Part shown: one piece after another, positions 41,186 through 52,109 of the stretch
Numbering within the stretch: the first letter of the stretch is position 1
Layout: every line of letters begins with the position of its first letter
NCBI GenBank assembly: GCA_963725665.1
Contig: CAVRZA010000003.1
Span: 224,001 to 288,000, forward strand
Source of the DNA: an uncultured Actinomycetes bacterium
GTDB taxonomy: Bacteria > Actinomycetota > Thermoleophilia > UBA2241
DNA length: 64,000 nt
Direction of reading: 5' to 3'
The notes under the pieces: model-generated
Databases searched by the model: none
Seen by the model: the letters and a program-made list of their open reading frames with translations, nothing else
What the model was told of the DNA's origin: nothing
Translations under genes and position numbers: made by a program

Positions 41186-41530
41186 GTGACCGTCATCGAC
41201 AACATCGAGCGTCAGCAGCTGCGCGACGACATTCCGCAGTTCAAGGCCGGGGACACGGTCAAGATCCACTTCCGCGTTGTCGAGGGCAGCCGGCAGCGCA
41301 CGCAGATCTTCCAGGGCATCGTGATCAAGCGCCAGGGCGCCGGCGTGCGCGAGACGTTTACCGTGCGCAAGCAGTCGTTCGGCGTCGGCGTCGAGCGCAC
41401 CTTCCCGCTGCATTCACCCAAGATCGAGAAGATCGAGGTCGTCATGATCGGCGACGTGCGACGGGCGAAGCTCTACTACCTGCGCCAGAAGGTCGGCAAG
41501 CAGGCGAGGGTCCGCGAGAAGCAGCGCTAG
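41186..41530 (+). CDS. rplS: 50S ribosomal protein L19
   Basis: [34 protein letters not shown]. Confidence 0.97.
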   Translation: MTVIDNIERQQLRDDIPQFKAGDTVKIHFRVVEGSRQRTQIFQGIVIKRQGAGVRETFTVRKQSFGVGVERTFPLHSPKIEKIEVVMIGDVRRAKLYYLRQKVGKQARVREKQR

Positions 41531-41568
41531 TGGCCCCGTCCTCGGCGAGCCACGCACTCTAGAGCAAC

Positions 41569-42135
41569 GTGAGACGCAACGCGTTCGTCGACTACGGCAT
41601 CATCGCCGTCGTCGCCATCGCGCTCGCTCTGGGCATCCAGGGCTTCGTCGTCAAGCCGTACCGCATCCCGTCGCCCTCGATGAACGACACCCTGCTGCCG
41701 GGCGACCGGGTGCTCGTGAACCGCCTCCTCTACCACTTCCGTGACCCGCGGCGTGGTGACATCGTCGTCTTCACGTGGCCGGTCAACCGGAAATACGTGT
41801 TCATCAAGCGCGTCATCGGCGTGCCCGGCGACACGATCTCGCTGGAAGGCGTGAGTGTCTACGTCAATGGCAGGCCGATCAGTGAACCCTACGTGCGCAA
41901 GGTCGACGGGGTGGCGGTACCCACCGAAGCGGCACCGGCGACCGCGGGCACAACGATGAGTCAGCCGTGGTCGTTGCAGCAGCCGTACAAGGTCCCGGCG
42001 GGTCAGTACTTCGTCATGGGGGACAACCGCACCGAGAGCGACGACAGCCGCGACTGGGGGCCGGTGCCGTCCGGCGACCTCATCGGTGAGTCCTTCATGA
42101 TCTACTGGCCGCTCACTCGCATCCGCCTGATCTAG
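41569..42135 (+). CDS. lepB: Signal peptidase I
   Basis: IPSPSM, FIKRVIG, MGDNR, DSR. Confidence 0.93.
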   Translation: MRRNAFVDYGIIAVVAIALALGIQGFVVKPYRIPSPSMNDTLLPGDRVLVNRLLYHFRDPRRGDIVVFTWPVNRKYVFIKRVIGVPGDTISLEGVSVYVNGRPISEPYVRKVDGVAVPTEAAPATAGTTMSQPWSLQQPYKVPAGQYFVMGDNRTESDDSRDWGPVPSGDLIGESFMIYWPLTRIRLI

Positions 42136-42206
42136 CTCGTCCCAGACGCCTCTCGCCCAGCGCCTTGCGGGTGCGCTCGCTTTGCGGAAGTGGCTGCACA
42201 GACGCG

Positions 42207-42828
42207 ATGACTCCTGTACAATCGCCCGCGGCAGCCATGGGAAGCTCGAGCACCAACCAGGCCCCCAGAGGTGCGCGCTTGCGCCGCGCTGTTCTTTCGG
42301 CGCTGCTCGTCGTCCTCATGCTGGCCGCGCTTGGCCTGCTCATGGCGGGACTAGCGTTCGAGCACTTCTGGGTCCCCACGCCGTCGATGGCGGCCACGCT
42401 CACTCCCGGCGACCACGTCCTCGTCGACCGGCTGGCCTACCGTGTCAAGGCACCACAACGCGGCGACGTCGTCGTCTTTCACCCACCCGGCCAGGAGGCC
42501 GTCTACATCAAGCGCATCATCGGCGTGCCCGGCGACACGATCTCGCTGCGCGATGGAGCGGTGTACGTGAACGGAGCGTCGGCTGGACGAACCGTACGTC
42601 AAAGAGAGCGCAGGTGCGCTGGAGCGCACCGACCCGTGGTCGTCCGACGACCCCGCGTCGTGGTCCCTTGTCACGCCTTACGTTGTCCCGGCCGGCAACT
42701 ATTTCGTCATGGGCGATAACCGCACCGACTCGGACGACAGCCGCGACTGGGGGCCGGTGCCGAGCGCGGCGATCCTGGGTGAGGCTGTGGTCACCTTCTG
42801 GCCTCTCGGACACCTGCGCCTCCTATAG
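42207..42828 (+). CDS. lepB: Second signal peptidase I (apparent frameshift near 42577)
   Basis: VPTPSM, YIKRIIG; shifted frame gives LDEPYV, FVMGDNRTDSDDSRDWG. Confidence 0.8.
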
Positions 42829-42838
42829 GCGGCGTGCG

Positions 42839-43579
42839 GTGAACGAGCGCTTCGCCTACGACCTCGAGGTGGCGGGGCGTGGCCTCGTCGCCGGCGCGGA
42901 CGAGGCCGGACGCGGTTCTCTCGCAGGCCCCCTGCTGGCCGCCGCCGTGCTCTTCGACTATGCACGCTGGAGCGACGACGACTTCACCGCGCTCGAGGCT
43001 CTCGACGACTCCAAACGCCACACGCGCGAGCGACGCGAAGTGCTGTACGGGCTGGTCGTCGCCCGTGCCCGCCAGATCGCGGTCGTCTCCTGCTCGTCGC
43101 GGTCGATCGACGACCGCGGCCTGCACCGCTGCAACCTGTTCGCGCTCGAACGTGCCCTGTCGTCGCTCGCGCCGCGGCCCGACGTGGCGCTCGTCGACGG
43201 CTTCACCATCAAGGACAGCCCCGTGCCGCACCAGGGCCTCGTCGGAGGCGACGGCCGCAGCGCCGCCGTGGCCGCGGCGTCGATCGTCGCCAAGGTGGTG
43301 CGCGACCGGCTGATGGTGACCATGCACGAGCGCTGGCCGTCGTGGGGCTTCGACGAGAACGTGGGCTACGCTACGCCGGGACACCACGCGGCGATCCTCG
43401 AGCACGGGCTGGTCGACCTGCACCGGCGCTCGTTCCAGAGCGTCGCCTACCAGCAGCTCGAGCTGGGCTTCGTCCCCCCCGACGAGCTCGCCGACAGGCT
43501 CGACCGCGAGCTCGACGAGGAGATCCCGGAGGGGTTCGCCGCCGAGGAGGCTTCAGTGTCGGAGGCGCCCGTCTCCTGA
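42839..43579 (+). CDS. rnhB: Ribonuclease HII
   Basis: GADEAGRG, DDSK, AAASIVAKVVRD, HRRSF. Confidence 0.95.
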   Translation: MNERFAYDLEVAGRGLVAGADEAGRGSLAGPLLAAAVLFDYARWSDDDFTALEALDDSKRHTRERREVLYGLVVARARQIAVVSCSSRSIDDRGLHRCNLFALERALSSLAPRPDVALVDGFTIKDSPVPHQGLVGGDGRSAAVAAASIVAKVVRDRLMVTMHERWPSWGFDENVGYATPGHHAAILEHGLVDLHRRSFQSVAYQQLELGFVPPDELADRLDRELDEEIPEGFAAEEASVSEAPVS

Positions 43580-43706
43580 CCGGCCGGGACCGCCTCGAGT
43601 CCCGGGTAGACGTTCCGCGCTACGTCATCCACCTCTGATGCCGGCTGCGTTCCTCCGTCGTGGACCCGGCGCTACAGTCGTCTTGGTCCCCTGTTCGGAG
43701 GTGCCC

Positions 43707-44072
43707 GTGACCAAAGCCACACGTGAGTTCGGCCGGGCGGCCGAGGAGCTCGCCGTCGCCTACTTGCGTCGCCAGGCCTACCGCGTGCTGGCCGTCAACC
43801 AGCGCGTCGGCCGTGGCGAGCTCGACGTGATCGCGCGCCGCGACGGGGTGCTGGTGTTCGTCGAAGTCAAGGCGCGCCGCAGCGTGAGCTGCGGCGCGCC
43901 CGAAGACGCCGTCACGCAACGCAAGCGCGTCCAGATCGCACGCCTGGCCGAGCTCTGGCTGGCGACGCATCCGCGGGCGCTGGCCGGTGTGCACGATGTG
44001 CGCTTCGACGTCATCGCCGTCGACGCTCAGCGCCTGCCGCCGCGGATCAGACACCTCGAAGCGGCCTTCTAG
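43707..44072 (+). CDS. yraN: YraN family endonuclease-like protein
   Basis: GELDVIA, FVEVK, RFDVI. Confidence 0.9.
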   Translation: MTKATREFGRAAEELAVAYLRRQAYRVLAVNQRVGRGELDVIARRDGVLVFVEVKARRSVSCGAPEDAVTQRKRVQIARLAELWLATHPRALAGVHDVRFDVIAVDAQRLPPRIRHLEAAF

Positions 44073-44082
44073 AGCGGCAGCC

Positions 44083-45618
44083 GTGCTCGCGCGCATCGCC
44101 AGCGAAGCCCTGTTCGGGCTCGAGAGCCACGCCGTCGACGTCGAGGCCGACGTCGTGGCGGCCGCTCCCGCGTTCACCATCGTCGGGCTGCCCGACGCCG
44201 CCGTGCAGGAGAGCCGCGAGCGCGTGCGCGCCGCGATCGTCAACTCGAGCTACGAGTTCCCTTCGCGGCGCATCACCGTCAACCTCGCGCCCGCCGATCT
44301 GCGCAAGGAAGGTCCGTCGTTCGACCTGCCCATCGCGCTCGCCTTCCTGCTCGCCACGAGCCAGGCGAGCGCGCGTGCACGGCGCGTGGCCGCCGTCGGC
44401 GAGCTCGGTCTCGACGGTTCGGTGCGACCAGTGAGCGGCGTCCTCGCACTCGCCGAGAGCGCGCGACGGCGAGGCGTCGGCGCGCTGCTGCTGCCGCTGG
44501 CCAACGCCCGTGAGGCGGCGCTCGTCGAGGGACTCGAAGTGCTGCCCGTGGCGACTCTGCGCGAGGCGGCCACGGCGCTTGAGCGCGGCGACGGCGAGCG
44601 GCGGGTGTCGGTCTGCGCCGAGGAGCTGCTGGCCGTCGCCGCGCTCGACGACGTCGATATGGCCGACGTCGTGGGCCAGGAACACGCCAAACGGGCGCTC
44701 GAAGTCGCGGTCGCTGGGGCGCACAACGCGCTCATGGTGGGTCCACCGGGATCAGGCAAGACGATGCTCGCCCGCCGCCTGCCGTCGATCATGCCGCGCC
44801 TGACCGTCGACGAGGCGATCGAAGTGACGCGCATCTACAGCGTCGCCGGCCTGCTTCCGGCCGACACGCCGCTCATCGCCCGGCGACCCTTTCGCGCGCC
44901 GCACCACACGATCTCGAGCGCCGGCCTCGTCGGCGGCGGCGCCACGCCACGCCCGGGTGAGGTGAGCCTCGCCCACCTCGGCGTGCTCTTCCTCGACGAG
45001 TTCCCCGAGTTCCGCCTCTCCTCGCTCGAGGCCCTGCGTCAGCCTCTCGAAGACGGGCATGTCACCATCTCGCGCGCCCTCACGTCTCTCACGTTCCCGG
45101 CGCGCATGATGCTGGTGGCCGCGATGAACCCTTGTCCCTGCGGCTTTCGGGGGGATGCGGAGCGAGAGTGCAGCTGTCCGGCGCACCGGTTGATCCAGTA
45201 CGGCAGCAAGCTGAGCGGACCGCTGCTCGACCGCGTCGACCTCCAGGTCGAGGTGGCTCGGCTGCCGCCGCGCGAGCAGCGCGGACGCAGCGGGGGAGAG
45301 GTGTCCGCGTCGACCAGGGAGCGCGTGGCGGCGGCCCGCAGGCGGCAGCTCCACCGGCTCGCCGGCACGGGGGCCTACGCCAACGGGCACATGACGGCGC
45401 GGCAGGTGCGGCGCCTCTGCCGCGCCGAGCCGGCGGCCACCGACCTCCTCGATCGGGCGTACGAGCGCCTGCGGCTCACGGCGCGCGCCTGCGACCGCGT
45501 GCTGAAGGTCGCGCGCACCATCGCCGATCTCGAGGGCTCAGACGGCATTCGTCAGGCGCACGTCTCGGAGGCCCTCTCGTACCGCCGCCGCTGGTCGCGG
45601 CCGTCGCTGTCGCCGTGA
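44083..45618 (+). CDS. comM: YifB/ComM Mg-chelatase-like AAA+ ATPase
   Basis: VGLPD, NLAPADLRKEG, GPPGSGKT, FLDEFPEF, NPCPCG. Confidence 0.93.
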   Translation: MLARIASEALFGLESHAVDVEADVVAAAPAFTIVGLPDAAVQESRERVRAAIVNSSYEFPSRRITVNLAPADLRKEGPSFDLPIALAFLLATSQASARARRVAAVGELGLDGSVRPVSGVLALAESARRRGVGALLLPLANAREAALVEGLEVLPVATLREAATALERGDGERRVSVCAEELLAVAALDDVDMADVVGQEHAKRALEVAVAGAHNALMVGPPGSGKTMLARRLPSIMPRLTVDEAIEVTRIYSVAGLLPADTPLIARRPFRAPHHTISSAGLVGGGATPRPGEVSLAHLGVLFLDEFPEFRLSSLEALRQPLEDGHVTISRALTSLTFPARMMLVAAMNPCPCGFRGDAERECSCPAHRLIQYGSKLSGPLLDRVDLQVEVARLPPREQRGRSGGEVSASTRERVAAARRRQLHRLAGTGAYANGHMTARQVRRLCRAEPAATDLLDRAYERLRLTARACDRVLKVARTIADLEGSDGIRQAHVSEALSYRRRWSRPSLSP

Positions 45619-46835
45619 CGCAAGGCGGCGAGGGAGGAGCCGGCCACGAGGTCGAGGGTCCGCCGGCGACGAAACGACGGCCGGGGTCACGAGAGCTGCT
45701 CCGGCGGCGCCGGCGCTGCCTCGATCTGGTCGGGCTGGTGACCGAGCGTCCGAGCGCCTACGGTCCGCTGCTGCGGCGCATGGGCGGGCTCGATGCGCTG
45801 TTGTCGCAGCGCGAGCTCGACATCGGCGCCGAGTCATCTGGCGAGCCGCTCGAGCGCCACGAGGCTCCAGTTTGCGAGCGGCTCGAGGTTCCGGCTCGCG
45901 ACTCGCTCGAGACGCCGGCCGCGGAGCGGCTGTCGATCACCTACGTCGACGAGGGCTACCCGCCCCTTCTGGCCGACCTGTTCGATCCGCCTCCGGCGCT
46001 GTTCGTCGTGGGCGCGCGAGCTGCCGGCGACCTGGCGCCGCTGGCGCGCCTGCCGCTGGTGGCCGTGGTCGGCACGCGCGCCCCGTCGCGCTACGGACGC
46101 GAGATGGCCGACGCCGTCGCGAGGGGTCTCGCGCAGGCCGGCGTCTGCGTCGTGAGCGGGCTCGCCCTGGGCATCGACGCGCTCGTCCACCGCGCGGCGC
46201 TCGCGACGAAGTCGGCGTCACTGCCCACTGTGGCGGTGCTCGGCTGCGGAGCCGACGTCGTCTACCCGCGCACCAACGCGCGCCTCTACGACGAGGTGGC
46301 CCGCCGCGGCCTGATCGTCTCTGAGTATCCGTGGGGCACCCCCACCCGTCCCTGGCGCTTTCCCGCCCGCAACCGCATCATCGCCGGGCTGAGCCGCGCC
46401 GTGGTGGTCGTCGAAGGTGCGGCCGACAGCGGCGCGCTCTTCACGGCCGAGTACGCGCTCGACGCCGGGCGACCGGTCTTCGCCGTCCCCGGCGAGGCGG
46501 GGCGCCGCCTCTCGGCGGCGCCCCACGGACTGCTGCGCGCCGGCGCGCATGTGTGTGAGTCGGCGGCCGATGTGCTCTCGCTGCTCGGGCTCGAGGCGGG
46601 CGGGCCGGCATGGTCCGGACCGCCCGCGGCGATGATCCCCGAAGGCGACGCGCTGTGCGTGGCGCTCCTACGCGCGCTCGACGACGACGAGGCGAGCGTC
46701 GATGCCCTCGTGGCCCGCCTAGGCGCCGCCGCGCCGTCCGTGACGGCGGCTCTCAGCCTGCTCGAGGTCGAGGGGCTGGTGACCGCGACGGGCGGTCGTT
46801 ACCGGTTGGTGCGCGGCGGCCGGCGGAAGGACTAG
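45615..46835 (+). CDS. dprA: DNA processing protein DprA
   Basis: VVGTR, VSGLALGID, FPARNRIIAGLS, AVPG. Confidence 0.93.
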   Translation: MTQGGEGGAGHEVEGPPATKRRPGSRELLRRRRRCLDLVGLVTERPSAYGPLLRRMGGLDALLSQRELDIGAESSGEPLERHEAPVCERLEVPARDSLETPAAERLSITYVDEGYPPLLADLFDPPPALFVVGARAAGDLAPLARLPLVAVVGTRAPSRYGREMADAVARGLAQAGVCVVSGLALGIDALVHRAALATKSASLPTVAVLGCGADVVYPRTNARLYDEVARRGLIVSEYPWGTPTRPWRFPARNRIIAGLSRAVVVVEGAADSGALFTAEYALDAGRPVFAVPGEAGRRLSAAPHGLLRAGAHVCESAADVLSLLGLEAGGPAWSGPPAAMIPEGDALCVALLRALDDDEASVDALVARLGAAAPSVTAALSLLEVEGLVTATGGRYRLVRGGRRKD

Positions 46836-46914
46836 GCGGCGCCCTCGGCGAACAGGTCAGCGCAGGCAGGCGAGCGACCAGCGCGGGGGTCCCACGACGA
46901 ACAAGGCATTCACG

Positions 46915-47955
46915 GTGGCGGGCGCCGGGGGCGCCGCGCAGCCGCCCCCCCGGCGCCCGCCACCGGGCGACTCCGACGATGCCGACGCGCGTCTCGCCGA
47001 CGATGCCGACGCGCGTCTCGCCGACGATGCCGACGCGCGTCTCGCCGCGGACCCCGACGGCGAGCTCGCCGCCTTCGCGCGCTCGCTCGCCGTCCGCGGC
47101 CTGTCGGCGGCGACGCTGCGCTCCTACCGCTCCGACCTGACCGACCTGCTCGCGTGGCTGGCCGGCCGCGGCCTGACCGTGGCAGCTCTCGACCGGCGAC
47201 TCGTGAGGGGCTTCGCCGGTCACCTCGGCCGTCGCGGCTACGCGCCCAGCAGTCTCGCGCGCAAGCTCTCGTCGCTGCGCGTGTTCTGCGCCTTCCTCGC
47301 CGACCGTGGTGTGATCGCCGCCGACCCGTCGCTATCGCTCCCCGGACCACGGCGCCGGCGCCGCCTGCCGCGGACGGTGCGTGCCGACGAGGTCGTTGCG
47401 CTGCTCAACGCGACGACTGGCGGCGATCCCCTGGCGCTGCGCGACCGGGTCGTCTTCGAGCTCCTCTACGGATGCGGCCTGCGCAGTCAGGAGCTCGTGG
47501 CGCTCGACCTCGGCGACGTGCACCTCGCCGGCGGGGAGCTGGTAGTGCGCGGCAAGGGCGGCAAGATGCGCATCGTGCCGCTCGGCGACGAGGCTGCCGC
47601 GGCCCTGCGCCGCTACCTCGCGCGGGGACGGCCGCACCTGGTCACCGACAGCGGCACGGTTCGCGCGCGCGGTCGCGTGGGGCGCCCGCTCCTCCTTACG
47701 AAGAGCGGCCGCACCCTGCTCACATCGGACATACGTAGGATTGCTGTAAAATACTCCCGCATAGCAGGCATAGACCGGGCGTCGCCCCACATGCTGAGGC
47801 ACGCGTACGCGACGCACATGCTCGAGCACGGGGCAGACTTGCGTGCCATCCAGGAACTGCTCGGGCACAGCTCCGTCTCGACGACGCAGGTCTACACGCA
47901 CGTGAGCGGGGCCCATCTGAGGAGGGTGTACCAGCGGCATCACCCGAGGGCGTGA
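46915..47955 (+). CDS. xerC: Tyrosine recombinase XerC
   Basis: LYGCGLR, GKGGK, PHMLRHAYATH, QELLGH, TTQVYTH. Confidence 0.88.
   Translation: MAGAGGAAQPPPRRPPPGDSDDADARLADDADARLADDADARLAADPDGELAAFARSLAVRGLSAATLRSYRSDLTDLLAWLAGRGLTVAALDRRLVRGFAGHLGRRGYAPSSLARKLSSLRVFCAFLADRGVIAADPSLSLPGPRRRRRLPRTVRADEVVALLNATTGGDPLALRDRVVFELLYGCGLRSQELVALDLGDVHLAGGELVVRGKGGKMRIVPLGDEAAAALRRYLARGRPHLVTDSGTVRARGRVGRPLLLTKSGRTLLTSDIRRIAVKYSRIAGIDRASPHMLRHAYATHMLEHGADLRAIQELLGHSSVSTTQVYTHVSGAHLRRVYQRHHPRA
46975..47046 (+). repeat. 3 x 24-nt perfect tandem repeat (DDADARLA)
   Basis: gacgatgccgacgcgcgtctcgcc x3. Confidence 0.9.
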
Positions 47956-47997
47956 AGGTAGTGGGCACTATCGTGCGTCGCGGGGAACCCTAGGATC

Positions 47998-48789
47998 ATG
48001 AACCGGCTCGACGACACCAAGGCACGCGAACTGTGGCACAAGTTCAAGGACGAGCAGGACCAGGACGCGCGCAACCGCCTGATCCTCGCCTACGCTCCGC
48101 TGGTGAAGTACGTGGCGGGGCGCATGAGCAGCGGCCTTCCGGCGCACATCGAGGAGGCCGACCTCATCAGCTACGGCCTGCTCGGCCTGATCGGCGCCCT
48201 GGAGCGCTTCGACCCCTCGCGTGAGATCAAGTTCGAGACCTACGCCATCGCGCGCATCAAAGGGTCGATCATCGACGAGCTGCGCTCGCTCGACTGGGTG
48301 CCGCGCTCGGTGCGCAGCAAGGCGCGTGAGATCGAGAAGGTGATCGCCCTGCTCGAGACGCGCCTGCACAGGGCGCCGACCGACGACGAGATCGCCAGGG
48401 AGCTCGGCATGCAGGACGACGAGTTCCAGGCCACCCTCACACAGATCTCCAACACCTCGATCGTCGCCCTCGACGAGCTCTGGGCGATCTCGGGCTCCGA
48501 TGGCGACACCGCCTCGCTCATCGACACGCTCGAGGATCCCAAGGCGCGCGACCCCTCGCGCATGCTCGACGTGACGGAGATGAAGTCGCGCCTCGCCTCG
48601 GCCATCGACGCCCTACCCAAGCGCGAGAAGATCGTCATCGCGCTCTACTACTACGAGAACCTGACGCTGCGCGAGATCGGCGAGGTCCTGGGCGTCACCG
48701 AGTCGCGCATCTCGCAGCTACACACGAAGGCCATCCTGCGCCTCAAGGGCCGGCTGCGCGACGAGATCGAGCCGGCGGCCATCGGCTAG
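47998..48789 (+). CDS. whiG: FliA/WhiG family sigma factor
   Basis: [39 protein letters not shown]. Confidence 0.88.
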   Translation: MNRLDDTKARELWHKFKDEQDQDARNRLILAYAPLVKYVAGRMSSGLPAHIEEADLISYGLLGLIGALERFDPSREIKFETYAIARIKGSIIDELRSLDWVPRSVRSKAREIEKVIALLETRLHRAPTDDEIARELGMQDDEFQATLTQISNTSIVALDELWAISGSDGDTASLIDTLEDPKARDPSRMLDVTEMKSRLASAIDALPKREKIVIALYYYENLTLREIGEVLGVTESRISQLHTKAILRLKGRLRDEIEPAAIG

Positions 48790-48880
48790 CGGTCTTCCGC
48801 CGGCGCGCCACCCGCCCACCGACCCGCCCGCCTAGCACGCATGGTCGCACGACCCCTGTGGTAGAATACCTGGCCGTTGC

Positions 48881-48966
48881 CCACCCACGACCCGGCGGTC
48901 CACAGGCCCGTGGCGGTGCCCCCTCGGGGATCCACCGGCCTCCGCCGGCAGACAGCGTCGAAACCG
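48881..48966 (+). ncRNA. Possible t44-like rpsB leader
   Basis: CACCCACG..GGTGCC..AAACC between TGnTAGAAT and the rpsB RBS; judged by eye only. Confidence 0.4.
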
Positions 48967-48983
48967 TTTCAAGGAGGCATCCC

Positions 48984-50596
48984 GTGCCGGTAGTCAGCAT
49001 GAAGGAGCTGCTGCAAAGCGGCGTCCACTTCGGCCACCAGACCCGCCGTTGGAACCCCAAGATGAAGCCCTACATCTTCACCGAGCGGGGCGGCATCTAC
49101 ATCATCGATCTGCAGAAGACGAGCGCGCTTCTCGACGAGGCACACGACTTCCTGCGCAACATCGCCGAGCGGAACGGCACGGTGCTCTTCGTAGGCACCA
49201 AGAAGCAGTGCCAGGACTCCATCAAGGAGGAGGCCGCGCGCGTCGGCATGCCTTACGTCGCGACGCGCTGGCTGGGTGGCCTGCTGACCAACTTCGCCAC
49301 GCTCTCGAAGCGCATCCGGCGCCTCCACGAGCTGCGCAAGCTGGTCGAGGACGGCTCCCTCGACGTCTTGCCGACGCGCGAGGCGATGCGCATGCGCGGC
49401 GAGCTCGAGAAGCTCGAGACCAACCTCAGTGGCGTGGCCGACATGGACCGCCTGCCCGACGCTGTGTTCGTCATCGACCCGCGCAAAGAGGCCATCGTCG
49501 TGCGCGAGGCGAACAAGCTGAAGATCCCCATCGTGGGCCTCGTCGATACGAACTGCGACCCCGACGAGATCACCTACGTCATCGCCGGCAACGACGACGC
49601 CATCCGTTCCTGCTCACTCATCGTGCGCGTGGTCGCCGAGGCTGTGGCCGAGGGCAAGCAGAAGGTCGCCGAGGCCGAGTTCCGCGCCGCCGCGGCCGCG
49701 GCCGCCGAGAAGCCCGAACCCGCGCTTGCCGACGCGCTGGGTGAGGGTGAGGCGAAGCCGGTCGAGTCACGTGCCGCGCGCCCCGACCGTCCGCCAGTGA
49801 GGACCGACCGTCCGCCCGCGAGGACCGACCGTCCGCCCGCGAGGACCGACCGTCCGCCAGTGAGGACCGACCGTCCGCCTGTGCGGAGCGACCGTCCGCC
49901 GTGAGGACCGACCGTCCGCCCGCGAGGACCGACCGTCCGCCCGCGAGGACCGACCGTCCGCCCGCGAGGACCGACCGTCCGGGTGCGCGATCCGACCGTC
50001 CGCCCGCGAGGACTGACCGTCCGGCTGGTCCTCGGCCCGAACGACCGGCACCGCCCAGGGAGGCGCCGCCGGCGGCCGCCAAGCCGGCCGAGAAGGCCGC
50101 TGCGCCACCCGAGAAGGCCGCCGACGCCCCTGCTTCGGCACCTGTGAAAGAGCCGGCTGCGGAGGTCAAGGCGACCGAAGCTGTCGAGGCGACCGAAGTT
50201 GTCGAGAAGGCGACCGAAGCGGCGACTGGCGCTCAGAAGCCGGCCAAGGCGACGGACGAGAAGCCCGAGATTGCTCCGGCGCCCGCCTCCGAGAAGCCGG
50301 CTGAGTCGACCTCCGAGAAGCCGGCTGAGTCGACCCACAAGAAGGCCGAGGCCGCTGCCGCCGAGAAGCCTGCTGCCGAAGCCACTGAGAAGCCTGCCGC
50401 CAGGGCGGCCGCGAAGAAGGATGAGTCTACCGTCGCCGAGAAGCCGGCCGCAAAGGCGAGGGCGAAGAAGGCTGCGCCGGCCGCCGAGGCTGTCGCGGCG
50501 GAGTCAGAGGCAGAGGCGGTCGGCGATCCGCCGGCAGACGCGCCCGAGGCCGTCGAGGCCGCGGACGCGTCGGCGGCGGAAGCGAGCGACAAGTAG
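48984..50596 (+). CDS. rpsB: 30S ribosomal protein S2 with ~290-aa low-complexity tail (apparent frameshift near 49900)
   Basis: [37 protein letters not shown]; tail continues in ORF 49901..50596. Confidence 0.93.
49779..50029 (+). repeat. 12 x 21-nt tandem repeat encoding RTDRPP(A/V)
   Basis: aggaccgaccgtccgcccgcg-type units; one unit is 20 nt. Confidence 0.92.
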
Positions 50597-50713
50597 CAGC
50601 CGGCACACCGAAGAGCTGCAGCCGCCACACCCGGGCGACGGGGCTACGCGGCTGACGAGAAGGCAAGGCAACCGGGCTTCGGGCCCGTACGACCACAGAA
50701 GCGAGTTGATGAC

Positions 50714-51316
50714 ATGGCAGATATCAGCGCGAAGACGGTTAAGGAGCTCCGCGAGAAGACCGGGGCCGGCATGATGGACTGCAAGCAGGCCCTCGCCGAG
50801 ACAGGCGGCGACTTGGAGAAGGCGGTCGACTCTCTGCGCCAGAAGGGCCTTGCCGCGGCGCAGAAGAAGAGCTCCCGCGTGACCAAGGAAGGGGCGATCG
50901 ACTCCTACATCCACGCCGGCGGCAAGATCGGCGTGCTGGTCGAGGTCGGCGTCGAGACCGACTTCGTCGCGCGCAGCGACCCGTTCAAGGAGTTCACGCA
51001 CGACCTGGCCATGCAGGTGGCGGCGTCGAACCCGCTTTGGGTGGAGCGCGAAGAGGTGCCCGACGAGGTCATCGAGCGCGAGAAGGCGATCTACCGCGAG
51101 CAGGCCAAAGGCAAGCCCGACAACGTCGTCGAGAAGATGATCGAGGGCAAGCTGAGCAAGTTCTACGCCGATGTCTGTCTCATGGAGCAGCCGTTCGTCA
51201 AGGATCCCGACCGCACCGTCGAGCAGTTGCGCACCAACCTCGTCGGCATCATCGGCGAGAATGTCGAGGTGCGCCGTTTCGTGCGCTTTCAGCTCGGCGA
51301 TAGCTCCGAGGACTAA
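50714..51316 (+). CDS. tsf: Elongation factor Ts (short form)
   Basis: LREKTGAGMMDCK, ETDFVA. Confidence 0.97.
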   Translation: MADISAKTVKELREKTGAGMMDCKQALAETGGDLEKAVDSLRQKGLAAAQKKSSRVTKEGAIDSYIHAGGKIGVLVEVGVETDFVARSDPFKEFTHDLAMQVAASNPLWVEREEVPDEVIEREKAIYREQAKGKPDNVVEKMIEGKLSKFYADVCLMEQPFVKDPDRTVEQLRTNLVGIIGENVEVRRFVRFQLGDSSED

Positions 51317-51322
51317 GGCGTC

Positions 51323-52081
51323 GTGGAGGGGGGTCGAGACGGGGGCGAGGGAAGCGTCTTTCGGCGCGTCGTCCTCAAGCTGAGCGGACAGGCTCTCGCC
51401 GGCGAGGGCCACAAGGCCATCGATCCCGCTCGCACGCAGGAGATCGCGGCGCACGTCTCGCGGGCGCGCGAGATCGGCGTCGAGATCGCCATCATCGTGG
51501 GCGGCGGCAACATCTTTCGCGGCGTCGCGGCGGCCACGCGAGGCATGGACCGCGCGACGGCCGACTACATCGGCATGATCGCCACGGTGCAGAACGCCCT
51601 CGCGCTGCAGGACGCCCTCGAGCACGACGGCCTGGTCGTGCGTGTCATGAGCGCCATCGAGATCCGGTCGGTCTGCGAGCCCTACATACGACGCCGCGCG
51701 CTGCGCCATCTCGAACTGGGGAGAGTGGTGATCTTCGCCGCCGGCACGGGCAACCCGTACTTCTCGACCGACACGGCCGCGGCGCTGCGGGCGCTCGAGA
51801 TCGACGCCCAGGCGATCCTCATGGCGAAGCGTGAGTACGACGGGGTCTACGACGACGACCCCGCGATCAACCCGCAGGCGAAGTTCATCCCTGAGATCAC
51901 GCACCTCGAGGCCATCGAGCGCGGTCTGCGCGTCATGGATACCACCGCCCTCTCACTGTGCATGGACAACCACCTGCCCATCTACGTCTTCAAGATGACC
52001 GGCGACAACATCGCCAAGGTCCTCGCGGGGGAGCGCGTCGGCACGGTCGTGAGCGATCGTCCGGTGCGCGCCGGGACCTGA
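51323..52081 (+). CDS. pyrH: UMP kinase
   Basis: LKLSG, GGGNIFRG, GTGNPYFSTD. Confidence 0.97.
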   Translation: MEGGRDGGEGSVFRRVVLKLSGQALAGEGHKAIDPARTQEIAAHVSRAREIGVEIAIIVGGGNIFRGVAAATRGMDRATADYIGMIATVQNALALQDALEHDGLVVRVMSAIEIRSVCEPYIRRRALRHLELGRVVIFAAGTGNPYFSTDTAAALRALEIDAQAILMAKREYDGVYDDDPAINPQAKFIPEITHLEAIERGLRVMDTTALSLCMDNHLPIYVFKMTGDNIAKVLAGERVGTVVSDRPVRAGT

Positions 52082-52109
52082 AGTCCGCCTTTCGACGGAA
52101 GGAGCCGAC

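Noticed and set aside
11306-42828. Programmed frameshifts or pseudogenes in smc, the Fe-S gene, the permease, DUF294 copy 1 and lepB2
   Set aside because: Isolated single-base indels, some in homopolymers and some in core genes; best explained as sequencing error
359-47955. Tyrosine recombinases as island integrases
   Set aside because: Both sit in standard chromosomal xerD/xerC contexts outside the island
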